Source: Octopus sinensis | Lineage: Eukaryota | Length of the DNA: 64,000 nt | Assembly (NCBI RefSeq): GCF_006345805.1 | Contig: NC_043022.1 | Coordinates: 20,336,001 to 20,400,000 of the forward strand | Direction of reading: 5' to 3' | Part shown: piece after piece, positions 47,996 to 60,757 of the stretch | Layout of the letters: each line of letters begins with the position of its first letter | Numbering within the stretch: position 1 is the first letter of the stretch | Position numbers and translations under genes: made by a program | Notes under the pieces: generated by a model | The model's database searches: none | What the model was told of the DNA's origin: nothing | The model's input: the letters and a program-made list of their open reading frames with translations, nothing else

Positions 47996-48265
47996 CTTGA
48001 TTTCACAAAGGAAGAGAAAGGAATGGAAAGAGAGAGAGAGAGAGAGAGAGAGGGAGATTACAATCAAATTCCATCACATTGAATGTAGTGCTACATGTGT
48101 TTGTGTGGAAAATGCAAGCACGAGTCTGCCCTGCCTGGAGTAGCTACACCAACAGAGGTGCCACTTCATATGAACAGAATAGGATCACAGGAATGCAAAA
48201 GAAACATGAGTTGTGCAAGTCTAGAATCAAATCCTTGCCTTCATTCCCAACAGACTACTGGCACC

Positions 48266-48303
<38 letters not shown>

Positions 48304-48727
48304 GACACATACATATATATATATAAACATACATATCTATCTATCTATCTATCCATCTATCCATCTATCTATCTATATATATCTATATCTATATATTTAA
48401 TTCTAACCGTACTTTCAGCTCAGAGCAAGTAAAAAAGTAAAATAATACATATATATATGATGGGCTTCTTTTAGTTTCCATCTACCAAATTCACTCACAA
48501 GGCTTTAGTCAGCCCAAGGTGAGAATAGAAGATACTTGCTTAAGGCATCTATATTTTATCTTTTAAATACTAGGCAAAGAAAGAAAGTAGTAAAAATTCT
48601 TTGAGGTGGTGCTCCAGCATGGCTGCAGTCACATGACTGAAACAAGTAAAAAGTAAATAATAAAAAAAATGTCTGTGCATATGTATGGAAGCTGATCATG
48701 TACATAGATTATATACATAAAATATAC

Positions 48728-48844
48728 CTCTTTAAGCTTTTTGGCTGAAAAATTCGGTGACAGAAGTGTCCTTAAGTATTTCCAATGTTCATTTTTGGCA
48801 TTAAGGACCATTTTCGTGGAAAAACTATCCATAGGAACAAGTTT
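48728..48844 (-). CDS. CYP3A-like copy B exon 5 (KLVPMDSFSTKMVLNAKNEHWKYLRTLLSPNFSAKKLKE)
   Basis: 117 bp; WxxxR motif; canonical splice sites. Confidence 0.92.
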
Positions 48845-49912
48845 CTGAAAGGAAATTTGAAAACGTAAAAGAGAGAAAAGGCAAAAAAAAAAAGCATTAT
48901 CTCAAATTGTCAATTTCAAATTTTGGCACAAGGCCAGCAATTTTGGGGAGGGGTCAATTACATCGACCCACCCAATGTTCAACTGGTACTTATTTTATCG
49001 ATCCCAAAAGGATAAAAGATAAAATTGAGCTTGGTGGAATTTGAACTCAGAATGTAAAGATAGACAAAATGCTGCTAATGAAAAGATAGACAAAATGTCC
49101 GGTATGATGATGATTCCGTCAGCTCACTGCCTACTATCTCAGATTATTAACAAATATTTTGTCAAGCTGATAGAGACCTCCATACATTAGTTTGAGACTT
49201 TGTAAAAATAGCAGCCAAATATTCCTCAAAACATGTGTTGTAAGATTTTTGAAATGTAGTTCTAGGAATACTTTGGCTTCTGGTTACTCAACTCACTTGG
49301 CCTTTGTTGTTAAATGAGACCCAAACCCTCTTTTCTTGGATCTTCCACTACAGCTTTTGGGACTCAGCTTTTTTGTCATAAAACTGCTGTAAGTTTGTAT
49401 GTACACATTTGTTGTTTAATCGGGGTCTGTTTGATGAGGGTTTCACACTGGAATGTAATACAATAACCATCCATTTTTCTACCCACCCACTATTCCTAAG
49501 AACTTTGTGGGGATAGAGTCCTCAGGCACCTCCTCCTTAGGGTCCTGTCAGAAGCAGCTGCCATTAAACTTTCCTGATGGATTTCCAAGAATCACAAACT
49601 GGAACTATGGATTTTACCCAACCATCCCATTTTTTGGCCTCCCCTTTAGGTCTCCTGTCGGTTGGCTCAGCTGGGATTCTGACTTAAGATCAGCCAATGA
49701 AGTATTCTGGCAGACCATCCATCGACTTTGTAAGAAGAATCCTCTCCCACGGTTTCCTTTAAGAACTCAGTTGAAGGTTCTTCACTCTATAGAGGGGAGC
49801 ATCTTTGGTAAGTGGAGAAAATACTTTGCCGATCTCTCTAAATCCATTCAGAAATTTGACAAAGAAATCTGACAGCTAAAGAGTTAATGTTTGAAATGAT
49901 AAACTGACTTAC

Positions 49913-50009
49913 ATATCGGTTTGTGAAGTTATGGAACTGTTTCACCATTATTTGTTCCAACATCTCTGGATCTCCAATCAGCACTGCTGGCTGTCTTCCA
50001 AGATAAAAG
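49913..50009 (-). CDS. CYP3A-like copy B exon 4 (FYLGRQPAVLIGDPEMLEQIMVKQFHNFTNRY)
   Basis: 97 bp; canonical splice sites; frame continuous. Confidence 0.92.
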
Positions 50010-50389
50010 CTAAAAACCAAAAATATATATAAATAAGCAGTTTGGCAAAAGAGACTGACAAAATAAATGCCAAATGTTAAAAAAAGTACTAGAGTCAGTT
50101 TATTCAACAAAACCTTTCAAAGCATTGCCACAGCTTGGCCATGAATAAATGACTGAAACAACCAAAAGATAAATGGAGATACAATTTCTGTGTAAATAGA
50201 TGTGTGCTAAGAAGTTTACTTTCCAACCACAAGGTTCTGTGTTCAATCCCACAATGCAGCACCTTGGACAAATGTGTTCTATAGCCCTGGGCCACCCAAA
50301 CACTTGTGAGTGAATATGGTAAGTGGAAACTGAAAGAAGTCCATTACACACACACACATATATATATGTATATATACATACATACATAT

Positions 50390-50434
<45 letters not shown>

Positions 50435-51944
50435 ATATATATACAAACAAACACATACAAATATACATACATATATCTATATATATATAAATATATAGGT
50501 GTATGTGTGTGTGTATTCATGTATGTATGTATGTATTCAAATACCAAATCTTTCCTTGAAGACAGGAAGCAGACTTACTGTGGTATTTTGATGTGTCCTG
50601 TTGCATACTCATGTCATTTTGCTTATAGCACCTGTAAATTATGATTATTGCACAACTCTTGGCTTCCTGAAACAGCTGTCAAGTTAAGAGATTACATAAT
50701 TTCTTTAGATTTTATTGTTTTTGTTGTGTTCCATGTGAATATATATATATATATAAGTCAAACCTAACTGCATTTATCTGTATGCATGTGTGTATGTATG
50801 TGTGTTTATGCTTGTGTATTCTTGCCTTGACATCATGCGATGGTTGTAAACAAGTGCCCCTGTCATACAAGCAGTGTCATTGATTTCCAGTATTCTGTGA
50901 GAACATGTCTGGACTTGGATCAATATTTCCTGACTTGGAAGCAGGTGAGGTTTATTGACAGGAAGAGCATCTAGCTGCAGAAAATCTACCTCAGTAAACT
51001 CCATACGACAAATGCAAGCATGAAAAAGGGGACTTTAAAACGATGATGATGATGATGACAATGATGATACCTATTTCTTTACTACCCACAAGGGGCTAAA
51101 CAGAGAGAGGACAAACAAGGACAGGCAAACGGATTCAGTCGATTACATTGACTCCAGTGCGTAACTGGTACTTAATTCATCAACCCCGAAAGGATGAAAG
51201 GCAAAGTCGACCTCTGCGGAATTTGAACTCAGAACGTAATGGCAGATGAAATACGACTACGCATTTCGTCCAGCGTGCTAACGATTCTGCCAGCTCACCG
51301 CAATGATGATGATACCATCACCCCTTCTGCCCCACATACATACACTGTGGAGAATTTACACACACACATCTGTGTGCGTGTGCATGTGATTGAGTTTATT
51401 ATTCCTCTTTCACTTCAGTAAACATAAAAGAACTTCTCCAACCAACAGATATGTTATCTGGTTTTAAGTAAACAAAATGTGACCCATTTAGTCTATTCAC
51501 AGCTATTTGCTTTGTATACTTTACTCTTTGTCCATATATTTCTGCACAATCACCATCAGCAACATTAATATCAGCATCATCATCATCATCATGTTGTTTT
51601 GTCTGCTTTCCAGTGCAGTTCAGAGGAGAATTATATTGAGCCATTTAGATTTTAACACAATAAATATCAGACGTCATAAACACCACATTGAATCAGGAAT
51701 ACAAAAACCAGCTCTGTGGTGAGACACAACCTTTGTGAAACTAGTCCAGTAATAAGTCAAGGACCATGTTTTAGTACAATCCAAGTAATCCTGTGACTAA
51801 TTATACTACATCACTAATTAATTATTATACACTGTTTTAAACTCTAGTACTCATCTTCACAATATCATTTGTCAATGCTAACAAGATAGAATATTTTACT
51901 AATGTTGCAGAGAAGAAGAGCACTGCTAGAAGAGCAGGTAGAGA

Positions 51945-52345
51945 TTTAGGAATGGTAGAGGTGAAAGAATGGTAGAGGCATAGGAATGGTAGAAAAGTTG
52001 GAATGGTAGAGGCACAGGAATGGTAGAAAAGTTGGAATGGATGAATAGTAAGAATGGTAGAAGTGCAGGAATGGCAGGTGAACAGAAATGGTAGAAGAGT
52101 TGGAATGGTAGAGGAATAGGAATGTTAGAAAATTTGCAACGGTAGAAGCACAGGAATGGTAGAAACACAGGAGTGTTGAATAGCAAGGGTAGTAGAGTCA
52201 CAGGAATGGTAGAAGTGCAGGAATGGTAAACGTGCAAGAATGGTAGGTGAGCAGAAATGGTAGAAGAGTTGGAATGGTAGAAGAGTTGGAATGGTAGAAG
52301 TGCAGGAATGATAGAGGTGCGGGAATGGTAGAAGCCTAGGAATGG
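51945..52345. repeat. GGAATGGTAGA-core minisatellite (17-20 bp units)
   Basis: About 20 copies of ggaatggtagaa followed by a variable 5-8 nt. Confidence 0.85.
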
Positions 52346-52538
52346 TTGAGGAGCAGGCATGGCTGTGTGGTTATGAAGTTCATGTCCCAACCATGTGGTT
52401 TCAGATCCAAATCAAACCCAAGGCTTCTTTTTAACTCCAGCATTTCTTCTATCAATATTTTTTGCCAAACAAGTAAAAGATTTTTTTTTAAAAAAAGCAG
52501 ATAAAAGGTAAATGAATTTAAACCAAATGAATTCTTAC

Positions 52539-52591
52539 CCCACAACATCGCCATATTTATTCAACCATTCTGCATCAACCGCATATTTTCC
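52539..52591 (-). CDS. CYP3A-like copy B exon 3 (GKYAVDAEWLNKYGDVVG)
   Basis: 53 bp paralog of 14140-14192; canonical splice sites. Confidence 0.92.
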
Positions 52592-54339
52592 CTGAAAAAA
52601 AACAGAAAAAGAAAAATGTAATATATATGTGTGTGTATGTGTCGTGTACGTGAGTAAGTGTGTTTGCGTGTTTGTTGTATGTACAGAGTGAGCCAAATGT
52701 CACTCACCAAAACATATGACATTTTATTATATAATTACATTATTATTAATACTATTATTATCATTATTATTATTATTATTATTACACTGGTCAACAGCCA
52801 ATTTTCATCAGGGATATTCTTTAAGAAATATTGTTTAATTCTGTTTGATTATTTATTAAAATTATGTATCTATTTAACTATTATTGTTATTATTGTTGAC
52901 CTGAGGAGTGACTATACTTTTAAATTGAATTGTTTTGGGATCGATTAGATTTAAATTTAATTGTAATTTGAATTAAAGTTATAGCCTTGAAACGTACATA
53001 GTCTTTTTACTTATTATATACTGTTTATTTATTATTATGTACTTTTTGTGATCTACATAAATGTTTTATCATATATTTTATTTTTTCTATATGATATGTT
53101 TTATGTCTGTCATTGTTTGAATTACATAATAGTGGTTTTTCTCTAATTCATATGATTATATATTTATATTGTGAAATTTGATTTAATACTAAATAGAATT
53201 TTTCCTTGTATTTTTGGAGTCATACTCCCTAATATTATATATATATATATATATATATAGTGACTGGCATCTGTTGCTAGTGGAGCGCTAAGAGTACCAT
53301 ACGAGTGAGATTGTTGCTAGAGCAAGAAGCTGGCCTTCGTGCCAATGGCACGTTAAAAAACATCATTTGTGGCACGTGAAACATTCATGTGAGGTTGTCG
53401 CCAGTGCCGCTGGACTGGCTCCTGTGTAGGTGGCACATAAAAAGCACCATTTGGGCATGGCCGTTGCCAGTACCACCAAACTGGCCCTTGTGCCGGTGGC
53501 ACGTAAAAACACCCACTACACTCTCAGAGTGGTTGGCGTTAGGAAGGGTATCCAGCTGTAGAAACTCTGCCAGAACAGATTGGAGTCTGGTGCAAATCGT
53601 CCAACCCATGCTAGCATGGAAAGCAGATATTAAATGATGATGATGATGATGATGATGATATGCATGTATACCGTACTGTCTAAAAACCTTCCCCAACTAC
53701 ACACCATCACCACCACCACCATCACCATCAGATAACCTAGGTTTTGGGGGGTTTTTCTGTTAGTTTTTGTGACAGTCATAATAGATTATCTAATGAAAAC
53801 AGCTGATACTACCTGATAGGACTTTTACATTTATTGTTGTTGTTGATAAAGTGAACACAACAATTCCACTTGTACCAAGGCTCTCATTCAAATCTACACA
53901 CATTTTGCATTGTTTTTGTTCCTTATTTCATAATCGTTATCTTATGCTTGTGGTTCACAAAGTGACAAAGCACTTATTTCCACCAAGATCAAGAAATTTA
54001 ATGAAAACTATAGCAACACCTCCTACCTCCACTTCCTTCACAAGATGACAAGAATACTTTTTTTTTAGATTTTTGGATGGGATATTGTGCTTTCTTTACC
54101 TTTTAAGCCTACAGTCAAATTAAGCTTGAACACCCTGAATTTATATCCACTGACCTCTATTGGAAGTCTCCCATGAACATGTCTAAAGGCTTAACGCCAT
54201 TCCCACCCCTATTTAGGGTTTATCTCCTATGTAAGGTAGTGATCATGTAGCACATAAAAATGATGGTGTAGTGTATGCAGGTTGAAGGCTATTGTTTCTT
54301 TATGAATTCTGCTAAATGCGAGCTTTCTTTTCAGGTACA

Positions 54340-54640
54340 TGATGCTGCTGTCCTTCATCCCAGGGTCTCACAAGCCCACACCACCCACACCCTCAGGGTT
54401 GGCACACTCACTGTAGGCACACTGGAAGGTAGGTCTGGTGAGATTGCTGAGATGCTTGAACGGAGACGTGTAGATTTGTGCTGCATCCAAGAAGTGAGGT
54501 GGAGAAGAGATTCTGCTAGGTTCCTCACTGGCAAAGAACATAAGTATATGATTTTCTGGGTGCTGGGAACACTGACAGGGTCGAGGGGTGGGTATACTTC
54601 TTGCAGAGAAATGGGTGGATAAGGTAATCGAGGTAGTCAG
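54340..54640 (+). mobile_element. RTE LINE endonuclease N-terminal fragment
   Basis: LRVGTLTVGTL, DLCCIQEVRWR, GVGILLAEKW motifs. Confidence 0.75.
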
Positions 54641-54789
54641 AGTCTGCACTGTGGGACTGAACCTAGAACAATGTAGTTGGGAAGCAAACTCCTTACCACA
54701 CAGCCATGCCTATGCCATGGCAAGAATGCTTTTGATAATAGATCTCAAACATAGAAGACATGCGGCAAAACAATCAACAGCAACAACAG

Positions 54790-55160
54790 CATGCAATGGC
54801 CCAGTGGTTAGGGCAGCGGACTCACGGTCGGAGGATCGTGGTTTCGATTCCCAGACCGGGCGTTGTGTGTGTTTATTGAGTGAAAACACCTAAAGCTCCA
54901 CGAGGCTCCGGCAGGGGGTGGTGGCGATCCCTGTTGTACTCTTTCGCCCCAACTTTCTCTCACTCTTTCTTCCTGTTTCTTGTCCCTGACTTCCTATGCA
55001 ACCGCTGAGCCTGGATGCACATTCATCCATCCGTCAATGCTCTTGGTGTCGTGGGGTTGACCTGCTTTCTCTTCTGCGGGTCTTATGAATAGCAAAGGAC
55101 CACATTTCGAACTTCTCCCATCTTGCGAGCTCTGGGACGAATACCGTTCGCTCAACAGCA
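54790..55160 (+). mobile_element. tRNA-derived SINE, family 2
   Basis: Head tggcccagtggttagggcagcggact...ttcgattccc, (CAA)n tail; related reverse copy ~60400-60670; absent from the paralog A intron. Confidence 0.7.
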
Positions 55161-55223
55161 ACAGCAGCAACAACAACAACTGTATTGAAAGGCAATATTG
55201 ACAGGATATGCAAATATACTGAC

Positions 55224-55320
55224 CTTGCGTTGAACTTCTTTCAAGCTGCCCCAAGGAAAGGAGGGTTTCGGTCCTGGATATCCAAACTGTTTTAGATAGT
55301 TATAGGGCCATTTTTTGAAT
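55224..55320 (-). CDS. CYP3A-like P450 copy B exon 2
   Basis: Near-identical to 14402-14498 (one I/V change); AG/GTCAGT. Confidence 0.92.
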
Positions 55321-55758
55321 CTAGGAAAGAATTGTGATAGAGAGTTTAAAAGGTTAAAAGAAACACATTGCTTAATATAAGAGGCACACACACACACACA
55401 TATTTATTATTGTCTTCTTTAACACAGCAACTTCACAACAGGACGTAACAACCATGGGACTGGGATAACCCTCTTCATTCAGACTTCAAGGACCCTGCAG
55501 GGGATTTATTCAATTTCAAGCAACATTGTGTTCTATAGATGCTCTCTCTTCACATGTTCCATTATCTTTTTCAGTCCTATTTGTAAGCTTGGTCCTTATA
55601 ATTCCCAAAGCTCAAACAACAACAACAGAGACAACACCAACCCTTTTCAATGCCCATAGTCTTTTTATCTCTTAATTCAATCCATCCTGTCTAATTTGCT
55701 TCTCTTCTTCTTCTCCTGATATACTGCCATCATCAGGACATACACCATCTTTGATTAA

Positions 55759-55951
55759 CCCTTTGGCATTTGGACCAGTTTTGCCCAACTGAAATTATTC
55801 TAACTTGTTTCATGTTCAAACTGGCCAAATCTGGTTTCTCACAACAACCACATCATTGAAATCTTGAAGCTTTGACATAATGCTGGATTAATTCAAAACA
55901 ATGTAAATAAATACGCATTACATTTGACAGAAGAATCTGAATGCTAAAGGG
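55759..55951. mobile_element. Non-autonomous piggyBac MITE
   Basis: TTAA|ccctttggcatt ... aatgctaaaggg|TTGA; right end resembles that of the 38075-40677 element. Confidence 0.7.
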
Positions 55952-55971
55952 TTGACTCCTTGCAGAAAGGA

Positions 55972-56140
55972 AGCAGGAGTGGCTGTGTGGTAAGTAGCTT
56001 GCTAACCAACCACATGGTTCCGGGTTCAGTCCCACTGCGTGGCATCTTGGGCAAGTGTCTTCTGCTATAGCCCCGGGCCGACCAATGCCTTGTGAGTGGA
56101 TTTGGTAGACGGAAACTGAAAGAAGCCCGTCGTATATATG

Positions 56141-56175
<35 letters not shown>

Positions 56176-56386
56176 TTGCGTGTCTGTGTTTGTCCCCCTA
56201 GCATTGCTTGACAACCGATGCTGGTGTGTTTACGTCCCCGTCACTTAGCGGTTCGCCAAAAAGAGACCGATAGAATAAGTACTGGGCTTACAAATAATAA
56301 GTCCCGGGGTCGATTTGCTCGACTAAAGGCGGTGCTCCAGCATGGCCGCAGTCAAATGACTGAAACAAGTAAAAGGGTAAAGAGAG
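55972..56386 (+). mobile_element. tRNA-derived SINE, family 1
   Basis: Full-length copy. Confidence 0.8.
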
Positions 56387-57709
56387 TACTAACGGCATTG
56401 AATCACTATGTATGTGAGCAGTGCAATGCCTTGCTCTGTGCAGCACCATATTTTCAAATATGCCACATTAAGAAGAATCTGAAAATACACTGTAAAATTC
56501 CTTGTCTGAAAAATTATCTAGTTACTGAATGGCCAAATACCAGGACACACCACAGACTGTCAGTACCAAATCCGTTCGCAAGAGAGTAAACAATATTTTT
56601 TTCCTCTTTATTCACAACCATATCTGGATTTATCCACAAATTTTCAGTTAGAGGGCTCACACTTTCTATGGTCATTCAAAACCGTCCAAGGGTGGTCGTG
56701 CACATCTTTACATTTCCCTAGTCACCCTGCAAAGCCATTAAAAAATCAACAGAAGTGACTTTTTGGCGAATTTTCTATCCAAAACCCGAAACTTGATATG
56801 CCAATTGAAAGCTTGCTAGCTGTATGTGATTAGTCGGAGATTTGGACAGTACTCGTGTATATGTGCGCATGCACGCAGCTGTAGTAGTAGTAGTAGTAGT
56901 AGTAGTTATTGTAGTGGTAGTAGTAGACTGCTGGTTTGTATTGAATAATTTTATTTCTTGTTTGTACAGGAAAACTAATGCATGTGTGTGTGTGTGAGTG
57001 CGTGAGAGAGAGAGAGTGTGTGTGTGTTTATGTGTGAATGTATGCATGTGTATGTATGTGTGTCTGTGCATGTGTGTGTTTGTGTGTGCTGGGGTGTTAT
57101 GTGTTGGCAATAAGTTATATTTAGAAGCCATGGAAACCACAACTCACAGTCTCTTTCATCTCAAGTGACCCAGACGTGCTTTTGCATTTGTGAAACTAGT
57201 AATAATGCAGACCTCAAAAAGAATCCACAAAACACATACACACAGACACACACATATATAGTCAGCTTAAACATGCATATACATACATTATATAGTGTAC
57301 CTAATATATTTTATCTCTTCAAAAATAATGGAGTATATATTTCAAGTGTGGTTTGACTGGTATTTTTCACAGGTCAAGGTGTAAAATTCAGAGACCTCAT
57401 TTTTTGGGTCATAACTTGTGTTTTGTTACAAAATTTGCATATCACTCCCACCAAGCCCCGCCCACACATCTCTCTCCCTCCTGCTACTTCCTTCTTTCAT
57501 TCTTTCTCTCTCTCTCCTTCCAATCCTCTGTACGAACCTCTGTGGCAATGCAAAACAATGACAATGCAATTTGTTTTGATGGAACTGAAAAGGTTAGTGA
57601 ATTCAATTAACCCAACTCAGACGGTATTTTATTTATATCATACATAGATAAGCTGTAATGACATTGCAAAAATTTTCCAGAGATACATTCTGCATAGAAA
57701 ATATACATA

Positions 57710-58128
57710 GGCGCAGGAGTGGCTGTGTGGTAAGTAGCTTGCTAACCAACTACATGGTTCCGGGTTCAGTCCCACTGCGTGGCATCTTGGGCAAGTGTCT
57801 TCTGCTATAGCCCCAGGCCAACCAATGCCTTGTGAGTGGATTTGGTAGACGGAAACTGAAAGAAGCCTGTCGTATATATGTATATATATGTATATGTATG
57901 TGTGTGTTTGTGTGTCTGTGTTTGTCCCCCTAGCATTGCTTGACAACCGATGCTGGTGTGTTTACGTCCCCCGTCACTTAGCGGTTCAGCAAAAGAGACC
58001 GATAGAATAAGTACTGGGCTTACAAAGGATAAGTCCCGGGGTCGATTTGCTCGACTAAAGGCGGTGCTCCAGCATGGCCGCAGTCAAAGTGACTGAAACA
58101 AGTAAAAGAGTAAAAAGAGTAAAAGAGA
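57710..58128 (+). mobile_element. tRNA-derived SINE, family 1
   Basis: Full-length copy. Confidence 0.8.
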
Positions 58129-58408
58129 GTTAAGCACAGGCTAGCATCTGTAACCCAATAGCATCTAGACCACTCTGTCGAATGTAATGCATATTTATTC
58201 ACATTGTTTTGAATTAATCATGCATTATATAAGTAACTATGAGATTTCAATGATGTAGCAGTTTATCATTAAAATGACATTATAGGGCAGGCGTGAGAGG
58301 TCTGATCTGGTCACTTTGAACGTAAAACAAGTAAAATGCTTTGAGATGGATATGGCTGGGTTCACCTTTTAGCATTCTGATTATTCTGTCAAATGTAATA
58401 TTCATCAT

Positions 58409-58880
58409 TGTTTTGAATTAATGATATTAATTGAATTAATTGTTTTGAATTATGATATTAATTGAATTAATTGTTTTGAATTAATGATATTAATTGAATT
58501 AATTGTTTTGAATTAATGATATTAATTGAATTAATTATTTTGAATTAATGATATTAATTGAATTAATTGTTTTGAATTAATGATATTAATTGAATTAATT
58601 GTTTTGAATTAATGATATTAATTGAATTAATTGTTTTGAATTAATGATATTAATTGAATTAATTGTTTTGAATTAATGATATTAATTGAATTAATTGTTT
58701 TGAATTAATGATATTAATTGAATTAATTGTTTTGAATTAATGATATTAATTAAATTAATTGTTTTGAATTAATGATACTAATTGAATTAATTGTTTTGAA
58801 TTAATGATATTAATTGAATTAACTGTTTTGAATTAATGATATTAATTGAATTAATTGTTTTGAATTAATGATATTAATTG
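58409..58880. repeat. 32-bp AT-rich tandem array (~15 copies)
   Basis: Unit tgttttgaattaatgatattaattgaattaat, highly homogeneous. Confidence 0.95.
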
Positions 58881-60678
58881 ATACGAGTGAGATCGTTGCC
58901 AGAGCAACAAGCTGGCCTTTGTGCCGATGGCACGTTAAACACACCATTCGAGCATGATCGTTACCGTGTCGCCTTACTAGCACTTGTGCTGGTGGCATGT
59001 GAAAGATTAATTTTGAGGATCTGATCAAAGATTTTGCAATTCAAAAAAGTAGGAGGAAACTTTTCAAATACAAATAAAGTGGAAGTATACAAAAATAAAC
59101 ATTATTTTCCCGTCTTACTGTTTTGATTCATTTTTAAAAATAAAATTTTATTTTATGGTTTGAATTACATAATCTTTTATGGGGGCACCAAAATCTTTTA
59201 AGTGCTTAGGGCCTCAATGGGTCTTAATCTGGCCATGACTGCATGGCAACCTTACTGGTGCTGGTGGTAAGAAGAAAAAGCACACAGTACACACTGTAAA
59301 TTGAAGGCACATGGCCTAATGGTTAGGTTGTTGTAATTACAATTGAAAGATTGTGGTTTCAAATCCCAGAGTGGGCAATGTGTTTTATTCTTCAGCAAAA
59401 CATATCTTTCCACATTGCTGTAAATGAGTAACCTTCAGATGAACCATAATCCCATTTAAGGGCATTGTAAGGGGCCTCAGTCACTAATGAACCCAAGGAA
59501 ACCAGCTAACTGGCCTGCTGAGTCTGAAGACTCAAAGCACAATTCACTTAACAAGCAGTAAAGTGGTTGGTTTAGGAAGGCCATCCAGCTGTAGAAACCA
59601 TTCCAAAGCAGACAGTGAATCTCAAGCAGTCTTTGAGTGGACCCATCACATCCTATGTTCCATGCCAGCATTAGACATTAAATGATGATGATGATGATGA
59701 GGAGGAGGAGGAGAAGGAAGAAGGCAAGCTGGTTAAGTTAGCAAGAATGAAACAAGATCTGAGGGTAACTTCTATGTGGTCCTTGACCTACAAAAAGTAA
59801 CAGTTAAATCCCTTTCAAATCAAATCATGATGATGATGCTTGTCCATCCTGTTAGCAAAGGACAAAGCGAATGTTCCACCTTGGGATCAAGTCCTACTTT
59901 GTCACCGTTTCACCTCACTCAAGTCACTAATTCATTTCAGCGATAATGTATCCATGGCGCCATCATTGTCAGTGTCATCGTAGTCATGGTGGGAGGAAGG
60001 GACATACCGTTTTCTCTTGTTCTTTTTATCCCACTCCACCCCCACTCACCTTCTTATCGTATCTGCTATCTATAACAGCTAACCCCACAACCTCACTCTC
60101 CACAAGCTGATAAACATTTCAAACAACTAGTCTCTCTTTATCATACACTAATGCTAATGCTATGATGGACCTCCGTAATGCTATAATGGACCGTGAAGTC
60201 TGGCGTAGCATGGTAAATTCCATTGTCTCGACCACGGTCGAACAATGATGATTATCATACACTCACACATCTTATATATATTATATCACATTATGTATAT
60301 ATATATATATATATATATATAAAGATATATCTTTCATCACCAAACCAGTATGTGTGTGTATATATATATCACGATCACGAGACCGACCAGAGCATCAGAT
60401 GTTGTTACACATCGCTGGTCACAATGCGTTCGCATTGTTTTAGCCTTCGAATGACGCCACCCCGCTGGGTAAGTGAGCAGGCCAACAGAGGGAAGAGTGG
60501 GAGAAAGAGTGGTGAAAGAGTACAACAGGGATCACCACCCCATGCCAGAGCCTCGTGGAGCTTTTTAGGTGTTTTCGCTCAGTAAACACTCACAACGCCC
60601 AGTCTGGGAATTGAAACCGCGATCCTATGACCGTGAGTCCGCAGCCCTAATCATTGGGCCATTGCGCCTCCACGTGTG

Positions 60679-60721
<43 letters not shown>

Positions 60722-60726
60722 GTGTG

Positions 60727-60757
<31 letters not shown>

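Noticed and set aside
49430-49872. 121-aa plus-strand ORF (49507-49872) as a protein-coding gene
   Set aside because: It has no recognisable domain. The opposite strand loosely resembles a decayed LINE C-terminus, and the block is absent from copy A.
37060-54640. The RTE N-terminal fragment (54340-54640, +) ends at the same agtcagagt/VRV position where the long RTE (37069, -) begins, suggesting one element split by an inversion
   Set aside because: An inversion between them would flip CYP exons 3-9 relative to the rest, but all exons are colinear on the minus strand. It is treated as independent insertions or coincidence.
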